This document shows, one piece after another, positions 26,559 through 35,481 of a stretch of 64,000 nt of DNA (its first letter is position 1; every line of letters begins with the position of its first letter). The stretch covers positions 3,769 to 67,768 of the forward strand of contig JAAEPT010000129.1 in the NCBI GenBank assembly GCA_024232295.1, read 5' to 3'. The notes below the pieces were generated by a model, which worked only from the letters and a program-made list of their open reading frames with translations, was not told where the DNA came from and did no database searches. Source of the stretch: Cytophagales bacterium (GTDB taxonomy: Bacteria; Bacteroidota; Bacteroidia; Cytophagales; JAAEPT01). Position numbers and translations under genes: made by a program.

Positions 26559-26888
26559 ATGTCATCATCAAATAGAACAAAGCCAAAGGCTTCTATCATT
26601 ACAAGAGATGTTAATGAAATCTCTAAAAACTCTGGCAACATCTATAAATCTGTTTTTGTAGCAGGAAAAAGAGCTCGTCAGATTGCTACGAGAACAAAAG
26701 ATGAATTGAACAATAAGCTTCAAGAATTTGCTTCAACTGTAGACAACTTGGAAGAAGTACACGAAAACAGAGAGCAAATTGAAATTTCTAAGCACTATGA
26801 AAAGCAACCAAAGCCTTCTATGCTAGCATTAGATGAGTATTTGCATGATGAGCTTATTGTTACAAAAAAAGGAAGTATTGAAGATTAA
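26559..26888 (+). CDS. rpoZ: RNA polymerase omega subunit (Bacteroidota type)
   Basis: GNIYKSV...KRARQI...LEEVHENREQIEISKHYEKQPKP. Confidence 0.9.
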   Translation: MSSSNRTKPKASIITRDVNEISKNSGNIYKSVFVAGKRARQIATRTKDELNNKLQEFASTVDNLEEVHENREQIEISKHYEKQPKPSMLALDEYLHDELIVTKKGSIED

Positions 26889-26914
26889 TCACAATCTCTC
26901 AATGCACATAAATT

Positions 26915-27478
26915 ATGCTTGAAGGAAAGAAAATCATATTAGGTGTTTCGGGAAGCATAGCAGCATATAAAAGTGCCTACCTTGTAAGAGGTTTGGTCAA
27001 AAAAGGAGCAGAAGTAAAAGTCATCATGACTTCTTCTGCTTCTTCGTTTATTACCCCCCTTACACTATCTACTTTATCCAAAAACCCTGTATACATTGAC
27101 TTTGTAAAGAATAATGCAGGAGAATGGACAAATCACGTAGGTTTAGGACTTTGGGCAGATGCTTTTATGATTGCTCCCCTTTCTGCCAACACACTTGGTA
27201 AAATGGCAAATGGTCTTTGTGACAATTTATTACTTGCTACTTATTTATCTGCAAGATGCCCTGTTTTGGTTGCTCCTGCAATGGACTTAGATATGTATCA
27301 ACATCCAAGTGTTCAAAACAACTTAGAAAAAATTCAATCTTATGGTAATATTGTTCTGGAAGCTCAACATGGAGAGCTTGCTAGTGGTCTTGTAGGACAA
27401 GGTCGTATGGCGGAACCAGAAGACATTGTTACTTTTCTAGAAAAATTTTTCAATTCATCTGATGAATCTACAAAATAA
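26915..27478 (+). CDS. coaC: Phosphopantothenoylcysteine decarboxylase (CoaC half)
   Basis: GVSGSIAAYKS, FITPLTL, NHVGLGLWAD, APAMDLDMY, GELASGLVGQGRM. Confidence 0.93.
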   Translation: MLEGKKIILGVSGSIAAYKSAYLVRGLVKKGAEVKVIMTSSASSFITPLTLSTLSKNPVYIDFVKNNAGEWTNHVGLGLWADAFMIAPLSANTLGKMANGLCDNLLLATYLSARCPVLVAPAMDLDMYQHPSVQNNLEKIQSYGNIVLEAQHGELASGLVGQGRMAEPEDIVTFLEKFFNSSDESTK

Positions 27479-28106
27479 AAATATTGTCATTACAGCAGGA
27501 CCTACACATGAACCGATTGACCCTGTTCGCTTCATTGGAAACCACTCTAGCGGAAAAATGGGCTATGAACTAGCTAAAGTTTGTGTAGAAAAAGGAGCCA
27601 ATGTAACGTTAATTAGTGGACCAAGCTCATTATCTGCTCCTGAAGGTTTAACTTTTGAAAAAGTACAATCTGCACAAGATATGTTTGAAGCTGTAGATAA
27701 AGTATTTGAAGAAGCAGATGTTTTTATATTTGCTGCTGCTGTTGCTGATTATACCCCGAAAGTAAAAGCTGACCAAAAGATCAAAAAGAATTCTGATTCG
27801 TTCACTATCGAATTGGTGAAAACAATTGATATAGCCAAAAATATAGGACAGCGTAAAAAAGCAAATCAGCGTTCAGTTGCTTTTGCCTTGGAAACAAACA
27901 ATGAATTAGAAAATGCAACAAAAAAGTTAAATTCAAAAAATGTAGACTTTGTAGTTCTTAATTCTTTACAGAATAAAGGAACTTGTTTTGGTACAGATGC
28001 AAACAAAATCATTATTGTAGAACACAATAAAACTACAGAATTTGACATTAAATCTAAAGTTGAAGTCGCTCAAGACATTATCTCTCATTTAGAAACTATT
28101 CAATAA
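27462..28106 (+). CDS. coaB: Phosphopantothenate-cysteine ligase (CoaB half)
   Basis: ITAGPTHEPIDPVRFIGNHSSGKMG, AAAVADY, FALET. Confidence 0.93.
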   Translation: MNLQNKNIVITAGPTHEPIDPVRFIGNHSSGKMGYELAKVCVEKGANVTLISGPSSLSAPEGLTFEKVQSAQDMFEAVDKVFEEADVFIFAAAVADYTPKVKADQKIKKNSDSFTIELVKTIDIAKNIGQRKKANQRSVAFALETNNELENATKKLNSKNVDFVVLNSLQNKGTCFGTDANKIIIVEHNKTTEFDIKSKVEVAQDIISHLETIQ

Positions 28107-28110
28107 AATC

Positions 28111-29016
28111 ATGAAATTTGTCTATACACTATTTGCACTTTTTTCCCTTTCGATTGGGGCAATAGCACAAGAACTTAACTGCTCTGTTTTGGTTGATGAT
28201 GAACCTGCAGCTAATACTTCTGGACGTATTGACAAAGAAATTACTGCTGATTTGCAGAATGCTCTCTATGACTTCATGAACTCTCGTAGATGGACAGAAG
28301 ATGAGTTTGAAACAGAGGAAAGAATAAACTGTAACTTGGTGATTTCAATCACAAAAATGCCTTCTTTAGGTAAGTTTGAAGCCAATTTCCAATTCCAATC
28401 AAGTAGAACTATTTATGGAACAGACTATGAATCCCCTATTTTTAGTTTTATTGACAAATCAATCACATTTGATTATGCTGTTGGTCAAAATTTAGATTAT
28501 AATGAAAATGCTTATGTATCTAACTTGACTTCAATCCTCGCATTTTATGCCTACATGACCTTAGCCATTGACTATGATTCTTTTTCTGAATTAGGAGGAA
28601 CAAGTTACTATGCCAAAGCATTAGACATTGTGAATACTGCTCAAAGTTCTGGCTTGCCAAATTGGACAAGAGGAAACAATACAAACAATCGTTATTGGTT
28701 GGCTGATAATGCAACTAATCCTCAATTAGAAGATTTTAGAAGAGGGTATTATAACTATCATAGATTAGCTATGGATCAACTCGCAGCAAAACCAAAAGAA
28801 AGTCAAGAATTGATTATCAAAGTTTTAGAAACTATCTCTAAAACTCAACAAGTTTTGCCAGTGAGTATCTTTATGGTTTCGTTTCTATCAAGTAAGGATG
28901 CTGAGCTAATTAATATTTTTAAAAATGCTTCTCCTGAAAATAAAAAAAAAGCCGTAAATCTATTGAGAAGAATAGACCCTACAAATGCCAATAAATACCA
29001 ACAAATTCTAAGGTAA
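28111..29016 (+). CDS. DUF4835 family protein (PorD-like, T9SS-associated)
   Basis: AQELNCSV, FMNSRRWT, ERINCN, NLTSILAFYAY; conserved position after coaBC. Confidence 0.88.
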   Translation: MKFVYTLFALFSLSIGAIAQELNCSVLVDDEPAANTSGRIDKEITADLQNALYDFMNSRRWTEDEFETEERINCNLVISITKMPSLGKFEANFQFQSSRTIYGTDYESPIFSFIDKSITFDYAVGQNLDYNENAYVSNLTSILAFYAYMTLAIDYDSFSELGGTSYYAKALDIVNTAQSSGLPNWTRGNNTNNRYWLADNATNPQLEDFRRGYYNYHRLAMDQLAAKPKESQELIIKVLETISKTQQVLPVSIFMVSFLSSKDAELINIFKNASPENKKKAVNLLRRIDPTNANKYQQILR

Positions 29017-29071
29017 GAATTTCATATCGTTTGAAAGTTTCTTTACTTTGCAATTACTAAAAAAATTAGAC

Positions 29072-29296
29072 ATGGGAAAAATCTTGATTCGTATCTATCC
29101 CGAAGAATTTGCCAGCAAAGCACCTACTCTGATTGATAAATCAATAGATGTAGTTTGTAAAAATGGTACAGTAATTCATGGTCTTCTTGTATCTTGCGAG
29201 AATGAATCATTAACTTTACGCAACAACCATTATCGTAGAAAACACACAGCAAATTTTTCAGAAATTTCAGAAATCGTGATAGACCAAGAAAAGTAA
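29072..29296 (+). CDS. Small hypothetical protein with Sm/LSm-like pattern
   Basis: IDVVCKNGTVIHGLLVSCENESLTL...ISEIVID; TAATG coupling to recN. The track starts at TTG 29048. Confidence 0.75.
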   Translation: MGKILIRIYPEEFASKAPTLIDKSIDVVCKNGTVIHGLLVSCENESLTLRNNHYRRKHTANFSEISEIVIDQEK

Positions 29297-30954
29297 TGTT
29301 AGCACACCTTAGTATTCAAAATTACGTCTTAATTGATGAACTTTCCTTTCACCCTTCTTCTCAGTTTAATATCATCACTGGAGAGACAGGAGCAGGAAAA
29401 TCGATTGTATTAGGAGCTCTAGGCTTATTGTTGGGAAACAGAGCTGATACCAAAGTACTTTTTAGTGAAGACAGAAAATGTGTAATTGAAGGAGAATTTG
29501 ATATTTCTTCTTATCAATTGCAAAGTTTCTTTGAAGAAGAAGATATTGATTATGATCACACTTGTTTATTGCGTAGAGAAATCAATAAAAGTGGAAAATC
29601 AAGAGCATTTATCAACGATACACCTGTACGCCTAGATGTCATCAAAAAACTAGGAAATCGTCTTTTGGATATTCACTCTCAACACCAAACATTATTACTT
29701 AATACAGAGAGTTTCCAAACAGAGATATTGGATACTTTTGCCAGTAACCAAGGACTAATTGATGATTATCAAGAAGTTTATCAAGCATACAATAAAGTAC
29801 AGAGAGAATATAACGAACTTTTAAATACTTCTCATTCTGCTCAAAAAGAATTGGATTTCAATCAATTTTTATTGAATGAGTTGTTGAGTGCAGAATTGGT
29901 AGATGGCGAACTAAAAGCACTAGAGGAAGAAAATGAAATCTTAGAAAACTCTGAGACTATCAAAGCAAACTTACATAATGTAAGCCAAGCTCTTGTTCAA
30001 AGTGAGGAAAGAGCCATTACTAACAATCTTTACGAATCTGTTAGATTACTATCAGAAATTAGTAATTACTCTGCTGAATATGAAAACCTGCATGAACGTC
30101 TTAATAGTGCAGTTATTGAAATTGAGGACATTGCAAACGAAATAGAAAGGGCAGAAAATAATACTGATTTCGATTATGAACGCCATGAGTTTATTAAAGA
30201 TCGAATCAATATTTTATTTCAATTAACTCAAAAACACCATGTAAATACTGTGGGTGAGTTAATTGCGATTCAAGAAGAACTAGAAGAAAAGGTAAATAAG
30301 GTACTACACTTTGATGAATACTTAGCCAAAAAAGAAGCTGAGCTAAGTGAAAAGTTAAAAATTGCTGAGCAAAAAGCAGAGAAATTAAGTGAAGCACGTC
30401 AGACAGTTATTCCTAAAATTGAAAAACAAATTCAAAAGTTATTACATGAATTAGGAATGCCTAATGCTCGTCTTGTGATTCAGCGAGAAGATTGTCCACT
30501 TACTGCAATGGGAAAAGATCATATTTCTTTTCTATTTAGTGCCAATAAAGGAATGGAACCTGAGGAATTGAAAAGTGTAGCTTCTGGTGGTGAATTTTCA
30601 AGATTAATGTTTAGTATCAAATACATTTTGGCTGATAAAATGGCAATGCCAACAATTATTTTTGATGAGATTGATACTGGTATTTCTGGAGAAATATCCA
30701 TTAAACTGGGGAAAATGATGCGAAAAATGGCAGATAATCACCAAGTAATGTGCATTACACATCAACCCCAAGTAGCAGGACAAGGAGATTCTCATTACTT
30801 TGTTTACAAAGATAACTCTCAAGAACGAACAGTTAGTTCACTTAGAAAACTAAGTCAAGAAGAGCGTTTAAAGGAAATTGCCCAAATGATTGGTGGAGAA
30901 AAACCAAGCGAAACTGCCTTACAAAATGCAAAAGAACTATTAAGTATTTCTTAA
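29296..30954 (+). CDS. recN: DNA repair protein RecN
   Basis: TGETGAGKS Walker A, SRAFIND, ASGGEFSR, IFDEIDTG, CITHQPQVA. Confidence 0.98.
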   Translation: MLAHLSIQNYVLIDELSFHPSSQFNIITGETGAGKSIVLGALGLLLGNRADTKVLFSEDRKCVIEGEFDISSYQLQSFFEEEDIDYDHTCLLRREINKSGKSRAFINDTPVRLDVIKKLGNRLLDIHSQHQTLLLNTESFQTEILDTFASNQGLIDDYQEVYQAYNKVQREYNELLNTSHSAQKELDFNQFLLNELLSAELVDGELKALEEENEILENSETIKANLHNVSQALVQSEERAITNNLYESVRLLSEISNYSAEYENLHERLNSAVIEIEDIANEIERAENNTDFDYERHEFIKDRINILFQLTQKHHVNTVGELIAIQEELEEKVNKVLHFDEYLAKKEAELSEKLKIAEQKAEKLSEARQTVIPKIEKQIQKLLHELGMPNARLVIQREDCPLTAMGKDHISFLFSANKGMEPEELKSVASGGEFSRLMFSIKYILADKMAMPTIIFDEIDTGISGEISIKLGKMMRKMADNHQVMCITHQPQVAGQGDSHYFVYKDNSQERTVSSLRKLSQEERLKEIAQMIGGEKPSETALQNAKELLSIS

Positions 30955-30969
30955 TAGTTCTTTTCAGTT

Positions 30970-31055
30970 TATTAGCATTTTTCTCTTCTTTCCATGAAAT
31001 TGTATAGGCAATGTTCGTTATCACAGAGAAAGTAATGACGAGAAAAATGCTAATA
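30970..31055. other. 86-nt structured inverted-repeat element
   Basis: Perfect 16-bp terminal inverted repeat TATTAGCATTTTTCTC / GAGAAAAATGCTAATA around a 54-nt interior with further pairing. Confidence 0.55.
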
Positions 31056-31087
31056 TTTTATAGATGTATTGAAAGAAAACTGCTCAC

Positions 31088-31702
31088 TTAAAATGGTCTT
31101 GCATATGGATACTCTCCTATTTTTTCCAATTTATAATATCTATTAAGACCTGAAATCCCTACATCTTCTGCTTGTCCTAAATCAATATAACCTTCCTCTG
31201 TTACAATTTCATCAGGCAATACAATATGCTGGATTTCTCCAATTACTAGGATTGTTCCATTTAATTCAATAGGAACACTTTGTACAAATTTCATCCCTAA
31301 CTTCACATTACTTTCCTTTACAAAAGGAGCTTTAAAATCAAATAGATACTCTTCAGTCAATTCACACTTATCAAATTCAGAATCTTCTTTTGGAAACTTT
31401 GCAGAAGTCAAATGAGCTTTCTCTGTAAAGCCTTCATGAACATGATTAATAGTATAATAACTATTCTCCATAATGTTATTATAAGTGTCTCTCCTGACCT
31501 CTCCTGTAGGACGAATGATAAAACCAATCAAAGCAGGATTACTTCCCAAATGTATAATTGAGCTAAAAATTGCTACATTTGGAAAACCATCATCGGAGAT
31601 TGTACCAATTAGATTGGCTGGTTTAATACCTGTAATAGAATTGATAATATTCAATCGCTTGACATGAACTAGTTCATGAATATCTTCTTTTGTTAAGTGC
31701 AT
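31088..31702 (-). CDS. Flavin reductase-like (DIM6/NTAB) protein
   Basis: INSITGIKPANLIGT, NVAIFSS, RDTYNNI, APFVKES. Confidence 0.9.
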   Translation of the reverse strand: MHLTKEDIHELVHVKRLNIINSITGIKPANLIGTISDDGFPNVAIFSSIIHLGSNPALIGFIIRPTGEVRRDTYNNIMENSYYTINHVHEGFTEKAHLTSAKFPKEDSEFDKCELTEEYLFDFKAPFVKESNVKLGMKFVQSVPIELNGTILVIGEIQHIVLPDEIVTEEGYIDLGQAEDVGISGLNRYYKLEKIGEYPYARPF

Positions 31703-31705
31703 TAT

Positions 31706-32803
31706 TTAATATTGTTTTAATTCTTTTCTACATTTTTTCCAAAAAGCAAAGAAAGAGGGATAATATCCTTTTACGCTGAACAACCAATCTCTACTCTCCT
31801 CTACTCCTCGATAATTCCCATTCAAAGGATGTTCTTTGTAATAAATATCACCCCTCATATCATATTCTTGAATAAGTTCATTAAACTCACCTATATAAAT
31901 CTGAATACCCTTAATATTGTTTGCTAAATCTAGCATAAACTCTATAGAATGAGGAGAAACTGGATATTTTTCAAATACAGAAGGCTCCAATAAAAGAACA
32001 CGATTGGCTTCTAATTTATCTTTCCAAGCGGGATCCAAATTATAGAAGTTATAAATACAAGTTGGTAAACTCGAATCAACTTTTATTTCCTTTTTGGATG
32101 GTAAAGAAGTCGATAATGAAGGATCAACAATTTCTTCCAGTTCTTTTGGAATCCCCATTGTATCAAAATCATCATAAGAAACATTCAAGAAAGTACGCCA
32201 CTCGCGAGTATAGCAGAACTTATTGATATTTTGCTGATTTGCATAATATTTCTTATTGCTATTTGCTCCTACTACCCACTGCCAACTCAAAGCATTACTT
32301 GCCCAATCAGCATCCAACAAATGATAATACATCCATTGAGCAGGAACTTTCCAATGCGATTGTCCGATATTACAAGCAATAGAAGCAATATACATTCGAA
32401 CATGATTGTGCAAATAGCCAGTTTTATAAAATACTTCTATTGCTTCATCAATTGCCTGTATATTTGTTTTAGCATCAACAATAGCCTTCGGCATTTGATA
32501 ATTCTGAACATTTTGTTGTATTGATTTTAAATCAGAATCAATCAAATTGCCTTTATTAATCCATACTTGTTGCCAATAGTCTCTCCATGCAAATTCTTGA
32601 ATAAACTTTTCAATAGAATAAACATCAACACCTGTTTTTAGTACTTGTCCCAAAACTTGTTTTGTAGAAATAACTCCACGTGATATATAAGGAGATAATT
32701 TTGTTACATCACCATCAATATAGTTGCGTGTTTTTGCATACTTTACAGGCTCAATATTCTCCAGTTTCTCTAAGATTGACTGATAATTTGTCTCCCAATT
32801 CAT
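31706..32803 (-). CDS. Photolyase-family protein with FAD domain first (NewPHL-like)
   Basis: TKLSPYISRG, FAWRDYW, YLHNHVRMY, LLDADWASNALSWQW in the N-terminal half; alpha/beta-like C-terminal region. Confidence 0.88.
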   Translation of the reverse strand: MNWETNYQSILEKLENIEPVKYAKTRNYIDGDVTKLSPYISRGVISTKQVLGQVLKTGVDVYSIEKFIQEFAWRDYWQQVWINKGNLIDSDLKSIQQNVQNYQMPKAIVDAKTNIQAIDEAIEVFYKTGYLHNHVRMYIASIACNIGQSHWKVPAQWMYYHLLDADWASNALSWQWVVGANSNKKYYANQQNINKFCYTREWRTFLNVSYDDFDTMGIPKELEEIVDPSLSTSLPSKKEIKVDSSLPTCIYNFYNLDPAWKDKLEANRVLLLEPSVFEKYPVSPHSIEFMLDLANNIKGIQIYIGEFNELIQEYDMRGDIYYKEHPLNGNYRGVEESRDWLFSVKGYYPSFFAFWKKCRKELKQY

Positions 32804-33069
32804 CTTTTTGAAATTTTATTCATGCTAATATTTCGTTGCCTAGAGCATTTGAATCGATTAATCTCTGGATTTCTCTTTTTTAAATGCTTTTGACTAACAC
32901 CACTATGCACTCTCTTTCTCCATAAATTGAAACTACTCCTTTTCAAGTGTTTACGCATTAGTTGTATGACTTCTTTTTCGGGCAAACCAAATTGAAATTC
33001 AATTGCCTCAAAGGGAGTTCGATCCTCCCAAGCCATTTCAACAATACGATTTAAATCATCTCCATTCAT
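32800..33069 (-). CDS. TIGR03643 (DUF2805) family protein
   Basis: RIVEMAWEDRTPFEAIEFQFGLPEKEVIQLMR...SFNLWRKRV. Confidence 0.92.
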   Translation of the reverse strand: MNGDDLNRIVEMAWEDRTPFEAIEFQFGLPEKEVIQLMRKHLKRSSFNLWRKRVHSGVSQKHLKKRNPEINRFKCSRQRNISMNKISKR

Positions 33070-33095
33070 TTCGATGAAAATTAATTAAACAGGCA

Positions 33096-33266
33096 CTACC
33101 CTTTCTTCAACTCTTGAATCTGTTCAGCAACCTTTTCTGCTTCTGCATATTTTGCATCTGCAGCAGCACGGTCAACTGTCGACAATTTATGTGACTCTTG
33201 CATCAATTTTTGATACTTTTCTTGTAAAACTTCTACTTGAGACTTTTTCTTAAAAAAACCAAACAT
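33096..33266 (-). CDS. Lacal_2735-family small helical protein (56 aa; below the track cutoff)
   Basis: Manual translation MFGFFKKKSQVEVLQEKYQKLMQESHKLSTVDRAAADAKYAEAEKVAEQIQELKKG*. Confidence 0.85.
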   Translation of the reverse strand: MFGFFKKKSQVEVLQEKYQKLMQESHKLSTVDRAAADAKYAEAEKVAEQIQELKKG

Positions 33267-33271
33267 AATTT

Positions 33272-33967
33272 TTATACTTTTAATGTTGAAACTCCTCCGT
33301 CAATGTGTACAATTTGTCCTGTCATCCATGTCGCTTTTCTCAATAAAAATGCAGCACACTCTGCTAAGTTTTCTGCACTTCCTATCTGCTTTAAGGGATG
33401 ACGATTTGCATTTGCCTGTTTTTTATCTTCTGTACTTAATAGTTTTCCAGCCAATGGTGTATCTGTAATAGATGGTGCTATTGCATTTACACGAATTACT
33501 GGAGACAATTCAGCTGCCAATGCCTTTGTAAGCCCTTCAATAGCTCCTTTTGAAGCAGCAACTTGTGCATGAAATGGAAAACCTGTCTGAACTGCCACAG
33601 TAGAAAACAGAACTACTGAAGCATTTTTCGATTTCTTTAATTTTGTAAGGGAAGCTTGTAATATTTTTGTAGCTCCTATTACTTGTAGTTGATAATCATT
33701 CACAAAATCTTGTGGTTTGATTCGAGCAAAAGGCAACAAGTTGATACTACCAACACAGTAAATAACTCCATTTAGAGTATCAGGTAAAAAGTCTAAGTTA
33801 TACTGATCTTCCAACACATCTAACTGATGATAAGTAATCTGTGGGTGACTAGAAACTGTCTCGTTATTGCAATAAGTTGCATAAACACGATGTCCTTCTT
33901 CTGCTAACAAATTGGCCAAAGCTTTTCCTATCCCTGAAGAAGCTCCAACTACTAAGTAATTTTCCAT
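33272..33967 (-). CDS. Short-chain dehydrogenase/reductase
   Basis: GASSGIG, FSTVA, catalytic-position HAQVAASK (H in place of the usual Y), IRVNAIAPS. Confidence 0.93.
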   Translation of the reverse strand: MENYLVVGASSGIGKALANLLAEEGHRVYATYCNNETVSSHPQITYHQLDVLEDQYNLDFLPDTLNGVIYCVGSINLLPFARIKPQDFVNDYQLQVIGATKILQASLTKLKKSKNASVVLFSTVAVQTGFPFHAQVAASKGAIEGLTKALAAELSPVIRVNAIAPSITDTPLAGKLLSTEDKKQANANRHPLKQIGSAENLAECAAFLLRKATWMTGQIVHIDGGVSTLKV

Positions 33968-34081
33968 ACTTCTTTAACAGAAGCATAGAATTGATTGTTG
34001 AGAATTATTCAAAATAGAAAGTAAGACAGAAAATTATTAAAATTTAGTTGCTTTTTGTTTTTCTCGAACAAGCCCTATTTG

Positions 34082-34089
34082 TATATTTG
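34082..34089 (+). promoter_or_regulatory. Bacteroidota -7 promoter element for fabI
   Basis: TATATTTG, 34 nt before the ATG. Confidence 0.55.
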
Positions 34090-34123
34090 ATTTTTATAAT
34101 ATGCTTAAAAATAATTTTATATA

Positions 34124-34948
34124 ATGGCTTATAACTTACTAAAAGGAAAGAGAGGTATCATCTTTGGTGCTTTGGATAGTAGTTCAATTGCTTGGAAAGT
34201 AGCTGAAAAAGCACACGAAGAAGGAGCAGAATTTGTATTATCAAATGCACCTTTGGCAATGCGTATGGGAGCTATCAATGATTTAGCAGAACAATGTAAT
34301 GCACAAGTTATTCCTGCTGATGCAACTTCTATCGAAGACTTAGAAAAGTTAGTAGATGGAGCTGTTGAAGCTTTAGGTGGAAAAATTGACTTTGTATTAC
34401 ACTCTATCGGAATGAGCCCTAATATTCGTAAGAAGAAGCCTTATGAAAGCTTAAACTATGATTGGTTTCAAAAGTCTTTGGACGTTTCTGCATTGTCTTT
34501 CCACAAAGTAATGAATGTTCTTTATGCTAAGGATGCAATGAGTGATCAAGGTTCTATCTTAGCTCTTTCTTATATTGCTGCACAACGTGTATTCCCAGAT
34601 TATACTGATATGGCTCAAGCAAAAGCTTGTTTAGAGTCTATTGGTAGAAGCTTTGGATACAAATTTGCAAAGAAAAATGGTGTTCGTGTAAATACAATCT
34701 CTCAATCTCCTACAGTAACTACTGCTGGTAAAGGCATTGGAGGATTCAATGCATTCATCGATTTTGCAGAAAAAATGTCTCCATTAGGAAATGCTACTGC
34801 TGATGATTGTGCCGACTACTGTATCACACTATTCTCTGATTTGACAAAGAAAGTAACAATGCAAAACTTAATGCATGATGGTGGTTTCTCTTCCACTGGT
34901 ATTACAGGAGAGATCATTGAAGCATTAGAGCAAGGTTCTGCTGAGTAA
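34124..34948 (+). CDS. fabI: Enoyl-ACP reductase
   Basis: SIAWKVA, LHSIGMS, SYIAAQR, YTDMAQAK, RVNTISQSP, DGGFS. Confidence 0.95.
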   Translation: MAYNLLKGKRGIIFGALDSSSIAWKVAEKAHEEGAEFVLSNAPLAMRMGAINDLAEQCNAQVIPADATSIEDLEKLVDGAVEALGGKIDFVLHSIGMSPNIRKKKPYESLNYDWFQKSLDVSALSFHKVMNVLYAKDAMSDQGSILALSYIAAQRVFPDYTDMAQAKACLESIGRSFGYKFAKKNGVRVNTISQSPTVTTAGKGIGGFNAFIDFAEKMSPLGNATADDCADYCITLFSDLTKKVTMQNLMHDGGFSSTGITGEIIEALEQGSAE

Positions 34949-34970
34949 ATTTCAAATAAAAAATAAAATT

Positions 34971-35007
34971 AAAAAAGGTGTTTCTCTTTCGAAAAACACC
35001 TTTTTTT
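34971..35007. terminator. Bidirectional intrinsic terminator
   Basis: AAAAAAGGTGTTT...AAACACCTTTTTTT. Confidence 0.9.
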
Positions 35008-35008
35008 G

Positions 35009-35335
35009 TTACTTCAATTTTTCATTATTTTGATGGCGTTCCCTGTCACGCTTTGTCTTTTTATCAAGATTCTTTTTCAAAGCCTCTGTCAAGTCAATCC
35101 CTGTCTGATTTGCCAAACAAATTAATACAAATAAGACATCAGCCATTTCATCAGCCAAATCTACATCTTTATCAGATTCTTTGAATGATTGTTCGCCATA
35201 CTTTCGAGCAATGATACGAGCAACTTCCCCTACTTCTTCAGTCAAAATTGCCATATTTGTTAGTTCATTATAATAACGAACACCTACATCATTAATCCAA
35301 TCATCTACAATTTTTTGTGCTTCTTCTATTGTCAT
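35009..35335 (-). CDS. MazG-like nucleotide pyrophosphohydrolase (YpjD type)
   Basis: LTEEVGEVAR, DEMADVLFVLICLANQTGIDL. Confidence 0.93.
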   Translation of the reverse strand: MTIEEAQKIVDDWINDVGVRYYNELTNMAILTEEVGEVARIIARKYGEQSFKESDKDVDLADEMADVLFVLICLANQTGIDLTEALKKNLDKKTKRDRERHQNNEKLK

Positions 35336-35481
35336 TTTTATAAAAATTACTTTGTGATGGTAAGTTACTACTTTTCATAAAAGTCGTAAAACTGTGCTAT
35401 AACTTTTTAATTTTATGTAACTTGCAGATCACACCAACAAACTAACTGTATAAACAGAAGAAAACAGATCAAAACACCAGT

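Noticed and set aside
30842-31024. Track ORF 30842..31024 (-)
   Set aside because: Overlaps the recN 3' end antisense and runs through the inverted-repeat element; no protein features.
34978-35184. Track ORF 34978..35184 (+)
   Set aside because: Starts inside a terminator hairpin and is antisense to the MazG-like gene.
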